Origin: a bacterium
Lineage (GTDB): Bacteria; Zhuqueibacterota; Zhuqueibacteria; Residuimicrobiales; Krinioviventaceae
Reading direction: 5' to 3'
Length of the DNA: 64,000 nt
Assembly (NCBI GenBank): GCA_963675755.2
Contig: CAXXMD010000002.1
Span: forward strand, 832,001-896,000
In this document: positions 39,186 through 49,329 of the stretch, in pieces
Numbering within the stretch: the stretch's first letter is position 1
Layout of the letters: every line of letters starts with the position of its first letter
Program-made: the position numbers and the translations under genes
Notes under the pieces: model-generated
Told to the model about the DNA's origin: nothing
Database searches by the model: none
The model's input: only the letters and a program-made list of their open reading frames with translations

Positions 39186-39890
39186 TTATTGATCTGATTT
39201 ATTATTCTCAATATCCTGAATAATATCCAGATTTTCAATTGTAATATGCTCTGGTGCAACCGCTCCCCCGGAAACGATAAAAGTCATTGCTTCATCAACA
39301 GACCAAGACGTAGAAATCACTTTGTCCATTGGTACAATTTCAAGATACCCCGAAGTTGGATTTGGAGTTGTAGGTATATACACAGCAGCCAATTTTTGCC
39401 CAGTATGTTCATCAGAAAATGTCCTTGTTACTAATCCTACAACTTTCATCTCTTTATGTGGAAAGTCAATTAATACAACTCTTTGAACACCATCAGGTTT
39501 TTGCTCAAGCGCAGTAACCAATTTTTTTGATGAACCATAAATATTTTTAACAAAAGGTATCTGATCAATTATAGCATCAAACCAGGATAATATCTGCTTT
39601 CCAATAACACGTGTAGCAATAAATCCAAGTAAATTTATTGATACAATCACAACAACAATAGCAACAATGGTTGCAAACCAAGGATGCAAAAGCCAATTGG
39701 CTAATTGAGGAGAATACGGGCGTATTAATGAAACAACGCCCTGAACAGCTGGTTCTCCAATCTTTATTATAAGATCCAGTAAAAACTTGACAATGACAAA
39801 AGTTATGGCAATAGGTATGATTGTCAGTATACCGGCAATAAAATGCCTTCTAATTTTGGCAAACAGCCGGGCTTTGTGATTTCTAATCAT
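39186..39890 (-). CDS. DUF502 membrane protein
   Basis: FIAGILTIIPIAIT; IPFVKNIYGSSKKL; VYIPTTPNPTSGYL; AMTFIVSGG. Start moved to ATG 39890 (GGAG). Confidence 0.9.
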   Translation of the reverse strand: MIRNHKARLFAKIRRHFIAGILTIIPIAITFVIVKFLLDLIIKIGEPAVQGVVSLIRPYSPQLANWLLHPWFATIVAIVVVIVSINLLGFIATRVIGKQILSWFDAIIDQIPFVKNIYGSSKKLVTALEQKPDGVQRVVLIDFPHKEMKVVGLVTRTFSDEHTGQKLAAVYIPTTPNPTSGYLEIVPMDKVISTSWSVDEAMTFIVSGGAVAPEHITIENLDIIQDIENNKSDQ

Positions 39891-39945
39891 TATTACTCCA
39901 ATATTTACCGTATCTGCACCGGCATACAACAACTATCCCGAATGC

Positions 39946-40656
39946 TTAATTCTCTGCCTGTGTCCTCAAATCCGGCAGCAATACAATCTCAATTCTACGA
40001 TTTTGGCTGCGGCCCTCTGCTGTCTCATTGCTGGCGACAGGATGAAACTCTGCAAGGCCAACAGACTCGAGACGAGTAGGTTCTATCTCTACAGTTTCCT
40101 GCAAGAACCGAACTACATTTGATGCTCTCGCATTTGAAAGTTCCCAGTTTGTGGGATATTTTAATTTTAATTTTGAACTGATTGGCACATCATCCGTATG
40201 GCCTTCAACACGAATGATTTTATTCTCTGTATTTTTTAAAACATTCCCCACACGTTCTAATACTTTAACACCTTCTGATGTTATATCAGCTTCTCCTGAA
40301 GGAAACAAGATTTTATCAACCATGCTGACAGATAACCGGTCTGCCATTCGGGTTATTTTAATTTTCCCATCTTCGATCTCTGTTTTCATATCTTCTACCA
40401 GCTCATCATAAGTACCTTTAAGTCTGGAGATTTCTTCTTCTTTTTCCCTCGATATTTCAGAGATTTGGGTTTCAAGTTCTTTAACGATCGTTTCCTTTTC
40501 AGAATTCAATTTTTTGATTTCAAAATCTTTTTCCTGAATTTGATCTTTTAAATGATTAATATCCTGAGCAATTTTACCATTTTCATTGTAGAAATAAAAA
40601 CCTGCCAAAGCGAGTAATAGAGCAATAATTGCTACTATTATCAGTGCAACTCTCAT
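39946..40656 (-). CDS. OmpA/MotB-domain membrane-anchored protein with coiled-coil stalk
   Basis: N-terminal TM; coiled coil; ILFPSG, VEGHTDD, NWELSNARA, NRRIEI. Confidence 0.88.
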   Translation of the reverse strand: MRVALIIVAIIALLLALAGFYFYNENGKIAQDINHLKDQIQEKDFEIKKLNSEKETIVKELETQISEISREKEEEISRLKGTYDELVEDMKTEIEDGKIKITRMADRLSVSMVDKILFPSGEADITSEGVKVLERVGNVLKNTENKIIRVEGHTDDVPISSKLKLKYPTNWELSNARASNVVRFLQETVEIEPTRLESVGLAEFHPVASNETAEGRSQNRRIEIVLLPDLRTQAEN

Positions 40657-40773
40657 AAAGCTCTCCTTTCAAACATGGAAAACAATTAAAGTAAAGTTAA
40701 AAGATTATCAGGTTAGTTTTCTTGACATAAAACACAAGATCAGTAAAAAATATTCAGATTTAACTGAAAAAGA

Positions 40774-41016
40774 TTATTCAAACAAATCCCCTTGCATATC
40801 AGACGACTTGTTTGATGATTGCGATTTCAGTGTTTCTATTCGTTCTTCAAGTGCTTCAATGATAAGATAATGATCTCCGGACATGAGTTTGCAATCAAAT
40901 TTATTTTCAATATCAGCAAGCGTTTCATCCAAATTCAGATAGCATAATTGAAGCGCTTTTAAATCATGGAATTTAGACCAGTATTGGTCCCAGTTGGGTA
41001 AACGAGTTTTAGCCAT
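40774..41016 (-). CDS. Hypothetical 80-aa protein with C-terminal QGDLF
   Basis: Strong RBS AGGAG; co-oriented with neighbours; no family recognised. Confidence 0.7.
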   Translation of the reverse strand: MAKTRLPNWDQYWSKFHDLKALQLCYLNLDETLADIENKFDCKLMSGDHYLIIEALEERIETLKSQSSNKSSDMQGDLFE

Positions 41017-41038
41017 GTCTAGCTCCTAACTGAATGCA

Positions 41039-43108
41039 TCAATCAATCCAAAAGGTGTGTTTACGGGTAGCGATGTTTCCGCAACGATCTTTAACAAACA
41101 ATTCCAGGGTATGCATTCCTTTTTTTAAATTGTGTTTCGGTTTATAAGTCAAAGTCAAATGTTCGGGATCGTATACAGCAATCACCTTTCTACCATCCAA
41201 CTTTATTATCCGGTCTTTTTCATCATCAATCCCGGAAAGTGTATCTTTAATTACAGCTTTAAAAACAGGTCTGAGGTTGGTTAAGCGACTGTTATTACCG
41301 GGATAAAAATACATGATATCCGGTTTTTCATCATCAATGATTAATGCATGGGTACCAAACGTCCCCACATGTCCACCTACGGATTGAGTATATTGATCAT
41401 ATTCACTGCCAAAATATCTCCAAGATCCATTACCGTTTTTATAATAAATACCAACTTTTTCTACCGGTACATCGACCTTGTTCATTTTGATCATAACATT
41501 AGCACCTTTGAACAAAGGTACATCCTTGGGATCAATACTATAGATATTGCTGGCAAATTTATATTTACCAGTATCTACGGCTTTTGTTTTTTCAGCCCGA
41601 ACAAAAACAGGTTTATATAAAGAATTGTACGAGAAAGAGATTGTACAGGAATCATCCGGTATAGTGATGGTTTTATTGGTTCGAAAAGGAATAGTTACAA
41701 AATCAATGGTCTCACGTTGCCGGGAAAAATCATACATATTTCCACCCAATACACTCAAAGTTATAGGGCCCTCATCATGTGATGATAATGGAATAGCCCC
41801 AATAAACTTGTTTTGCATTTTTGATAAAGATAATGGATGTGAAATGTTGTTAGCAAAACGATATGTGATAGCGATGGAATCCGGTAGCTTAATAACAGGT
41901 GTCAGCTCTAATCGTAGATGACTATCATAAAACTGATGTTCAATATTAAAAAACTGAGTATCAGGACAAGTTAGATGATTGGCTAACAATAAATCTGTAT
42001 TATGAACACTGCTTTCTACCACCGTATTATCTTTAACAAGTAATTTGCCAATAACCTGACTTGTATTGCCCCAAAAATCCTTTGCTACTATTCTAAAAGA
42101 ATGCTCATCCCCTCTTACAATGAGGGTTCCGGCAAAAGGCTGATAATCAACATTTTCATCATTTGTAAAATAAACAACACCATAATAAGAATCATTATCC
42201 GCATAAAATGGCAATGTATTTCCAATATCACGGTAAAGCTTGTAGAAGAATCCAAGTCCCCACTGATTTAATCTGAATTCACGATCAAGAATTGCCAAAT
42301 GGTTTTCATTATAAGAAAATTTATTATAAGCAGATGAAAAGATCAGCTTGTCATCAATGTACAATTGATTTTTAAAGGTTCCAAATTTATTCGTAATTTG
42401 GTCCATTTGATCAAACGCATCAACACCAAATGCTACCAGACCGTTTACGGTAATTGGTGAACTCAGGGTATAATATTGAGATTCAAGCCGCTGGGTTCTA
42501 AATACGCGGGGTTTGTAATCATAATTCACTGTAGAAAAAGCATCCATAGGTACCAAAGCAACTTTGGAAATTTCAGGAGCAGTGAAATCTACAACCTTGT
42601 AACCTTTTTGTAACGGATTTATGGGCCGGCCGGAAGCATCACGCATTTCAAAATGAAGATGCGGGTAACCTATACCGGTTTGACCTGTAAAACCGATTAC
42701 ATCACCCTTTTTAAAAGGAAACTGATCTGGCTTGCAAAATGTCTGAACCTCGTAATTATCCCTATCCAATTGTACTTGCCAGATATAATCCTCAAGTTCA
42801 TCATTGAAACGCTCAAGGTGACCATAAACAACCGTTTCACCTGTATCCAAAGTCAAATATAATGCCTTACCATATCCAAAAGGTGATACACGTATTCGTG
42901 AAATATATCCATCGCGAATAGCAAAAATTTCATAACCTGTTCTTCCCCAGGTTTTTATGTCTATCCCCGCATGAAAACGGCCGGGTCTGTATTCAGCAAA
43001 ACTGGAAGTCAATGCGCGACTGGCATCCGTGGGCCAGCGGTATTCATCTTCCTGAGCAAAAAGCAGTGTAACAAAAACAAAAATTAAAAGTGGTAGTAAT
43101 TTTTTCAT
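41039..43108 (-). CDS. M23 family metallopeptidase with C-terminal Ig-like domains
   Basis: Signal peptide; SSFAEYR...FHAGIDI (HxxxD); YGHL; PHLHFE (HxH). Confidence 0.92.
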   Translation of the reverse strand: MKKLLPLLIFVFVTLLFAQEDEYRWPTDASRALTSSFAEYRPGRFHAGIDIKTWGRTGYEIFAIRDGYISRIRVSPFGYGKALYLTLDTGETVVYGHLERFNDELEDYIWQVQLDRDNYEVQTFCKPDQFPFKKGDVIGFTGQTGIGYPHLHFEMRDASGRPINPLQKGYKVVDFTAPEISKVALVPMDAFSTVNYDYKPRVFRTQRLESQYYTLSSPITVNGLVAFGVDAFDQMDQITNKFGTFKNQLYIDDKLIFSSAYNKFSYNENHLAILDREFRLNQWGLGFFYKLYRDIGNTLPFYADNDSYYGVVYFTNDENVDYQPFAGTLIVRGDEHSFRIVAKDFWGNTSQVIGKLLVKDNTVVESSVHNTDLLLANHLTCPDTQFFNIEHQFYDSHLRLELTPVIKLPDSIAITYRFANNISHPLSLSKMQNKFIGAIPLSSHDEGPITLSVLGGNMYDFSRQRETIDFVTIPFRTNKTITIPDDSCTISFSYNSLYKPVFVRAEKTKAVDTGKYKFASNIYSIDPKDVPLFKGANVMIKMNKVDVPVEKVGIYYKNGNGSWRYFGSEYDQYTQSVGGHVGTFGTHALIIDDEKPDIMYFYPGNNSRLTNLRPVFKAVIKDTLSGIDDEKDRIIKLDGRKVIAVYDPEHLTLTYKPKHNLKKGMHTLELFVKDRCGNIATRKHTFWID

Positions 43109-44373
43109 AATTCGTCGAGTATTTGTGCCAGATAACGGGTTTGAGATTTGCGATCAAATTGTTTTACAAACATTTGATCTGTGGTTTTCAGTTCCAAATT
43201 TTGGGTTAAAAGCAAAACAAGATTGTTTTTTATATACTCAATTTCATCAGGTGTTGATATTAACGCCAGTGAATAATCTTTTAATAATACTGAAGTATCA
43301 GTAACATTGCTGATACATAAAATCGGTTTTAGTGAACCCAAATATTCAAAAGTCTTGCCTGGTATAAATGTATCTTGCGGTGTTCCTGTTGCAATCAATA
43401 ATAATGCATTTGATTCAGCTATATATTCCATGGCTCGGTTATGTTGTTGAAATCCTACAATTTCTAAACTATCTGAAACATCATACTTTTTAGCCAACGC
43501 GGCAAGGTTACCGGTTACATCTTGTCCAACAAATCGAACCAACAATTGTTGGTATAAATTGGGAGTTTCTCTTTTTAACAAATTCAGTGCTTTAAAAAAA
43601 GGTTCCGGGTCACTGAATTTTGAAATCACACCACTATAGGTTATCACATATTTTGCACTTGGTTTCCATGCATTATCCTTAAAATCATCAGGATCATAAC
43701 CATTTGTGATAAGGTAATGTTTTTGGCTGGAATTAATATCTGCGAAAACTTTTTGAATACCTTCTGAAACACTAATAACAGAATCCGCTGAATTAATAAC
43801 AGAACGCTGATATTTTTGATGTAAATATCGCTGCATGAATGTAGGCTCATGTACAACATGGCCACCTGCCCAATCATCCCTAAAATCTGCAATCCAGGGG
43901 ATATTGAATTTTTTCTTAATTTTCATAGCAAGTAAATGCGTAGAATGTGGTGGTCCTGTAGAGATTACTGCATCAAAATATTCAATTTTAAACAATTCAC
44001 GTATTGTTCTAAATGCCAGCCAGTTCCAGAGAATTTTGGTATCCGGAATACAAAAAAAGGCAAATACTTTTTGATTCAGAAACTGCATTAAAGAGGATTG
44101 CTTAACTTCAGAACTGATATCTGATTTATTTTGAGATGGTTTCAATTTGTATAACAATCTCTGCGGATCAAGTGAACCGGTACGAATAATTCTGATATCT
44201 TTAACATCATCTAATAAAGATTCATCTTTGGCCCAATAAAGAATATCTTTAACTGTGATTACAGTAGGTTCCCAATTGTATTGTGGCAGATATTTGACAA
44301 ACTTTGTCATTCTTTGCGAACCACCCAAACCCAATGGTGGAAAGTAATATGAAAGGACAAGAACCTTTTTCAT
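43105..44373 (-). CDS. Glycosyltransferase family 4
   Basis: YYFPP..GGSQR..KFVKYL; STGPPHSTHL; WIADFRDDW; ITNGYD; PGKTFEYL. Start 44373 overlaps the upstream stop (TGATG). Confidence 0.92.
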   Translation of the reverse strand: MKKVLVLSYYFPPLGLGGSQRMTKFVKYLPQYNWEPTVITVKDILYWAKDESLLDDVKDIRIIRTGSLDPQRLLYKLKPSQNKSDISSEVKQSSLMQFLNQKVFAFFCIPDTKILWNWLAFRTIRELFKIEYFDAVISTGPPHSTHLLAMKIKKKFNIPWIADFRDDWAGGHVVHEPTFMQRYLHQKYQRSVINSADSVISVSEGIQKVFADINSSQKHYLITNGYDPDDFKDNAWKPSAKYVITYSGVISKFSDPEPFFKALNLLKRETPNLYQQLLVRFVGQDVTGNLAALAKKYDVSDSLEIVGFQQHNRAMEYIAESNALLLIATGTPQDTFIPGKTFEYLGSLKPILCISNVTDTSVLLKDYSLALISTPDEIEYIKNNLVLLLTQNLELKTTDQMFVKQFDRKSQTRYLAQILDEL

Positions 44374-45248
44374 CAATACTTTCTCCCCAGGGTAAGATAA
44401 GCTTTTTCGTATACTTTGTATGCTAACCACAATACATGGTTGAACGGTTTGTCCTGCATTTTTTTCCAACGTACTGCAATTTCTGAGAAACGGTCATTCT
44501 GAAATACCCTTGCCAGTGCAAACATTTGACGAACATGCAATTCATGATACATGTGTGAAGCAGGTCGTTTAATTGAATAAAGATCATATCGGGTCCAAAA
44601 ACCTATATCCCATTTCTGCCAATGATCAAGAATTGTATTGGCACCCTTGTTTGCCAGCTCATTCCATTGAGAATCATTACTGTATAAAGCGAAATCCTTT
44701 ACACCCAAAAGAGCAAAAATAAATCCATTTAACACATGAGGTGCTGGAATGGCAGGATATTCCTGAAAAACAGGACTGGTATTATCAATATAATCCGTCA
44801 CACCATGGTTCAAAACCGGATAAGAAAAAGTTTGAATAGCTTGTTCTGCAATATCAACATATTTATTATTACGTGTTTCCTGATAAGCCCGCAACAAAAG
44901 AGAAACCGCTTCTCCCTGGGCCATGCCAGATATCCACGGAGGCTTTGGGCCGTATAATGGTAGTTGAAAATCCATGATCCAGGCTAATGTGCCATTTTTC
45001 CAGGATCTTGCATTCTCAACCAACCAGTCCGCACAATGCATGGCCAGAAACGTGGATTGCTTGTAATCCAATTCTTCCCGAAAACTGAAATGATGCAATC
45101 CAAATTGTGAAATGGTAATAGGGTTATATTTCAACCCAATGTTGCCACCATAATCCACTCTGGGCAATCCGTCAGCATCAAAACTGTATTCATCAAAGTC
45201 TTCCAGTCCGCGCCAGTCAACAGGATATTTAAAAGGTATATCAGCCAT
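44373..45248 (-). CDS. D-glucuronyl C5-epimerase family protein
   Basis: YNPITISQFGL; WISGMAQGEAVSLLLRAY; FQEYP...HVLNGFIFALLG; TRYDL; YHELHVRQM. Confidence 0.88.
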   Translation of the reverse strand: MADIPFKYPVDWRGLEDFDEYSFDADGLPRVDYGGNIGLKYNPITISQFGLHHFSFREELDYKQSTFLAMHCADWLVENARSWKNGTLAWIMDFQLPLYGPKPPWISGMAQGEAVSLLLRAYQETRNNKYVDIAEQAIQTFSYPVLNHGVTDYIDNTSPVFQEYPAIPAPHVLNGFIFALLGVKDFALYSNDSQWNELANKGANTILDHWQKWDIGFWTRYDLYSIKRPASHMYHELHVRQMFALARVFQNDRFSEIAVRWKKMQDKPFNHVLWLAYKVYEKAYLTLGRKY

Positions 45249-45273
45249 TCATTTCCCGGTTAATCAAATATTT

Positions 45274-45302
45274 AACATACAAAAAAAATATGAGGAATGC
45301 AA
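45274..45302 (-). promoter_or_regulatory. Sigma70-type promoter of the epimerase-GT4-M23 unit
   Basis: Minus strand TTGCAT-N17-TATGTT. Confidence 0.45.
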
Positions 45303-45322
45303 GAGAGGTAAATTAACACATT

Positions 45323-46039
45323 TTACAATAAATAGTCCGGTTTAACATGTTTCATGGATTGAAAAATATTTTCCCTGGCACCATGATGGTCTTGCTCAAT
45401 TTTATAGAGTAATTCTTTGACATATTGACGCTGCGAGTGTCCATCTGTAGGACATTCCTGATCAAAAGATGGGATATCATTTTCTACAGCATAATTTTTG
45501 ATCATTTTCTCGCTGACAAATAACAAGGGTCGAATAATATGATATTTCCCTTTTAGAATTTCCAATTTAGGTGGCATGGTGCTAATATTTCGGCTAAAGA
45601 TCATATTCAATAACAGCGTTTCAACAATATCATCTTTATGATGACCAAACACGACTTTATTACATTTCATCTCGTCAGCAGTCTCGAATATCTTTTTACG
45701 ACGGATACGTGTGCACAAAAAACAAGGATTTTCAAGATTTTCTTCACTATGTGAATAGGGGCCAATGCTTGTTCTGATAATTTTTGATTCTACATCAAGT
45801 GAATCAAAATAATCCTGCATAATCTTGCATCGTTTATCTGCATTTTCGCCAAAGCCCATATCCACATAAAATGCATACAGTTTTATATTTTCGCCGTATA
45901 TAAATGAACGGTCTTTTAATATTTTCAATAAGGACATGGAATCTGCTCCACCAGAGACACATACCAATACCCTGTCTCCTTTCTCAAGCAGATTGTATTC
46001 CCATATTGCTTTATCTAGTCTGGAATAAAGTTTTTTCAA
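45323..46039 (-). CDS. ttcA: tRNA 2-thiocytidine biosynthesis TtcA-family protein
   Basis: SGGADS PP-loop; PCFLCTRIRR; GHHKDDIVET; IIRPL; CP. Confidence 0.85.
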   Translation of the reverse strand: MKKLYSRLDKAIWEYNLLEKGDRVLVCVSGGADSMSLLKILKDRSFIYGENIKLYAFYVDMGFGENADKRCKIMQDYFDSLDVESKIIRTSIGPYSHSEENLENPCFLCTRIRRKKIFETADEMKCNKVVFGHHKDDIVETLLLNMIFSRNISTMPPKLEILKGKYHIIRPLLFVSEKMIKNYAVENDIPSFDQECPTDGHSQRQYVKELLYKIEQDHHGARENIFQSMKHVKPDYLL

Positions 46040-48114
46040 AAACCAGCTTCCTGTCGTTTATCTGCAATAACCTGTTCCAACTTTTTAATGAACGCTTGTG
46101 CCTGCTTGGGGCCCCCATGGACTTTTCCATTAGACAGCTCTATGCCTTTTTTCACTTCAACAAACCCTATACTCAACTTGCCTTCTTTAATATGGGCCAA
46201 ACCCTGTTGATACAAAACTTCGGCAAGTTTTTCAGTATTGTTTAATTCAAGTGCAGTATTAACTCCATTTTCGAAATATTTTTGAGCAGCGTTCCAGTTT
46301 TGTAATTGTGCCTCTAATTCACCGAGATAACGATAACTGTCTATCATCAGTGGATAATTTTTCAATTGTCTTCCATTTTGCAATGCTTTTTGTAAAAAGG
46401 GATTGGCATCAACATATTGCTTATTTTTCAAAGTAATAACACCCAGATTCAAGTCTATATATGCGGTATACAATTTATCGTCCAACATTTCAAAATAATT
46501 TTTAGCAATAATAAAATCGTTTTTAGCTGTCTGCAAATTATTCAATGCCAAATGAACCAATCCAAGTTCATAGCGTGCCCGGGCAATGTCGGGTTCACTT
46601 TGCAAGCCATTAGCCATTGCTAAATAACGTTTAGCGGCTGTTTCCGATTTATCAAGAGCATTAACTTGCCGGTAAATGTAACACAGTTTACTCTGTGGGA
46701 GCATTGCTCTGAATGTATCTTTCAAATAGGCGTATAGCTTTACGCTCTTTTCATGATGAAGAATTGCCAGAGAAAGATCATTTTTAATCTCGTATAATAG
46801 TCCTAAATTATAATGAATTTCAGCAACACTGGCAGAATCGACTGGAGGACTTTTTTGATTCAATAAATCTTGATATATTTTTTCTACGGTTGACCATTCC
46901 TGTTGTAAACCCGCTTGTTTTGCTTCCTCAATACGACACAAGTTTTCACCAAATTGATTATTCAAAGCTCTGAATGATGCTCTGGCATAATCAAGCATTT
47001 GTAAAGATTGATCAAAACTGTAAATTGTACGGCAAAAAGCAGCGAAATTTAAACCAATCCAGGGTTTCAAGGGTGATGCCGCTTCCAAAGATCTGTATAT
47101 CATGTTGTAATTATCATATAATTGTTGTTTAAATACATCAATCGTTATTAGACCGGAAGTCCAGTTACGATGCATTACGAGGGTTCTGTTAATAAATAAC
47201 GGCAAATTTGTTTTTGTCAATTCCAATTGGGTTAACGCGCCATTATCGTTCAAAACAATAGAACAAAATGTATTGGGATCAAATTGATCAGCACTTTGCT
47301 GGAAACTGAAAAAGGATTCAATAATTGGTATATAAGGATAATCTACATGCAACGCAGGAGTATTGGGATCAGAATATGGAAAGACCATTGTTACTGGTTC
47401 ATTTTTCTTTTTAGAAAAATCCAATGCAAAACGTGCAGAATATTGATTGGCTATTTTAGCCATATCCATAATGGACTGCTCTTTACTTGAAATCATTTTA
47501 TATTTCAGAGAGCCATTCCAATAAGCGCTTTTGTTATCAAAAAAAGTATTATTGATTACATCAAGGGATTTTGCTAATAGAATATTTTTCGAATCATCAG
47601 TCAACAAGAGTATACCAAAATCAGTATTCTCAAATGGAACACCATATTGTTGCCACTTATTACTCACCAGATTCTCATAAATACTGATCTGCGAAGTAAT
47701 ATTACTAATAACTGAGGATGCTTTTAAATTCTGCATACCTATTTTTTTCTCATTTAATACAATACCAGATGGAAATTCTAATAGATACATAGAGAAATAA
47801 TTCGATTCAGCATTTACAAAAAGCATCAAATCCAGATTTTTCTCATTGTGGTATTCAAATAAATTCACCGGACTTATGATTTGTGCAAAATCTATTGAAA
47901 AAGGGATCTTAAAGTCTTTATCAGGATCAATACCATCATTCAATTTAAAATATTTTGAATTCTTGATTCCGGATTTCAATTGGTCATAATACGCGGCCAT
48001 TTCACCCGTCCATGAAGCTTCCTTTCCCCTTTTTATGATAGCAATATTTACCGGTTCTGCAAAAACCTGCAATGATAAAAATAAAATAATAAATACAAAT
48101 AATACTCTACGCAT
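46036..48114 (-). CDS. Exported TPR-containing hypothetical protein
   Basis: Signal peptide from ATG 48114 (GGAGG); unknown N-terminal half; C-terminal long TPRs (AEIHYNLGLLY, ARARYELGLV, SYRYLGEL). Confidence 0.75.
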   Translation of the reverse strand: MRRVLFVFIILFLSLQVFAEPVNIAIIKRGKEASWTGEMAAYYDQLKSGIKNSKYFKLNDGIDPDKDFKIPFSIDFAQIISPVNLFEYHNEKNLDLMLFVNAESNYFSMYLLEFPSGIVLNEKKIGMQNLKASSVISNITSQISIYENLVSNKWQQYGVPFENTDFGILLLTDDSKNILLAKSLDVINNTFFDNKSAYWNGSLKYKMISSKEQSIMDMAKIANQYSARFALDFSKKKNEPVTMVFPYSDPNTPALHVDYPYIPIIESFFSFQQSADQFDPNTFCSIVLNDNGALTQLELTKTNLPLFINRTLVMHRNWTSGLITIDVFKQQLYDNYNMIYRSLEAASPLKPWIGLNFAAFCRTIYSFDQSLQMLDYARASFRALNNQFGENLCRIEEAKQAGLQQEWSTVEKIYQDLLNQKSPPVDSASVAEIHYNLGLLYEIKNDLSLAILHHEKSVKLYAYLKDTFRAMLPQSKLCYIYRQVNALDKSETAAKRYLAMANGLQSEPDIARARYELGLVHLALNNLQTAKNDFIIAKNYFEMLDDKLYTAYIDLNLGVITLKNKQYVDANPFLQKALQNGRQLKNYPLMIDSYRYLGELEAQLQNWNAAQKYFENGVNTALELNNTEKLAEVLYQQGLAHIKEGKLSIGFVEVKKGIELSNGKVHGGPKQAQAFIKKLEQVIADKRQEAGF

Positions 48115-48135
48115 CACACCCTCCATTATAATGTA

Positions 48136-49329
48136 TTAATCCCGAATCCATTGTGAGTCATAACGAGTTTGTAACAGACTGGCACGCGTTATGGATTGTT
48201 CTCCAAATTTTTCTCTTACTTTATCCAGTACTGAATCAATTTGTTTATCCGATTGTTTTATTTTATCAAAAAGATTCATTTGCATTTCATCTTTTTCAAG
48301 ATGAGATAATGAAACACCAAGCAATCTGACTTTGGATGTTCTGTCAAAAGAATAAAACATATCTTTAATCTGATCAAACAGCTCATTGGTTGAGGAAATG
48401 ACAGTTGAAAAAGATCGTGAGCGGGTAAAAGTACTAAAATCAGTTAACCGAATTTTCATAGTTACCGTTTTACCCCACAATTGCTTACGACGCATTTCTC
48501 TGCACAACTCTGTACATATAAATAACAAAGTTTGAACCAATTTATTTTCATCAGCCTGATCATGTTCAAAAGTAATCTCTTTACTAATGGATTTTGCTGC
48601 CGTATTTGCTTCAATCTGCCTGTTATCCTTGCCATTAGCAAGCTGCCAGAAATGAAGTCCTGATTTTCCAAACTTTTTTACAATTTCCTGTTGCGAATGC
48701 TGTGCCAAATCGCCAATGGTACGAATACCCATTTTCTGCATATAAGGTAATGTTTTCTTGCCTACTCCCCATAATTTAGAAATATCCAATGGAGCAAGAA
48801 ATTCCATTACTTTATCTTCTTCAACAATAACCAATCCATCCGGTTTGTCCAGATCAGAAGCAATTTTAGCCAGAAACATGCTGGGGGCAATACCGACAGA
48901 AGCAGTTAATTGAGTTTCATCATAAATTTGTTTTTTAAGAGCAATAGCAGTATCACGCGGTGTTTTGTGAAATTTATATGTATTTGATATATCAAGAAAA
49001 GCTTCATCAATGCTCAGAGGCTGCATATCGGGAGAATAAGATCCCAGTATTTTCATAATCTGTTTGGATACACGCGCATATTGAGCACCTCGCGTATGGA
49101 CATAAATACCATGAGGACACAATCTATATGCCTGAGATATGGGCATTGCAGAATGGATACCAAATTTCCTGGCCTCATAACTGCATGTCGATACAACTCC
49201 CCTGCCTTTACCTTCTTTAGGATCTGACCCTACTATTACGGGTTTACCACGATATTCAGGATTGTCTCGTTGTTCAATCGCAGCAAAAAAGGCATCCATA
49301 TCAAGATGTAATATGATACGAGGTTTCAT
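48136..49329 (-). CDS. dinB: DNA polymerase IV
   Basis: HLDMDAFFAAIEQ; SYEARKFG; SIDEAFLD; AKIASDLDKPDG; WGVG; VRLLGV; clamp motif QMNLF. Confidence 0.96.
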   Translation of the reverse strand: MKPRIILHLDMDAFFAAIEQRDNPEYRGKPVIVGSDPKEGKGRGVVSTCSYEARKFGIHSAMPISQAYRLCPHGIYVHTRGAQYARVSKQIMKILGSYSPDMQPLSIDEAFLDISNTYKFHKTPRDTAIALKKQIYDETQLTASVGIAPSMFLAKIASDLDKPDGLVIVEEDKVMEFLAPLDISKLWGVGKKTLPYMQKMGIRTIGDLAQHSQQEIVKKFGKSGLHFWQLANGKDNRQIEANTAAKSISKEITFEHDQADENKLVQTLLFICTELCREMRRKQLWGKTVTMKIRLTDFSTFTRSRSFSTVISSTNELFDQIKDMFYSFDRTSKVRLLGVSLSHLEKDEMQMNLFDKIKQSDKQIDSVLDKVREKFGEQSITRASLLQTRYDSQWIRD

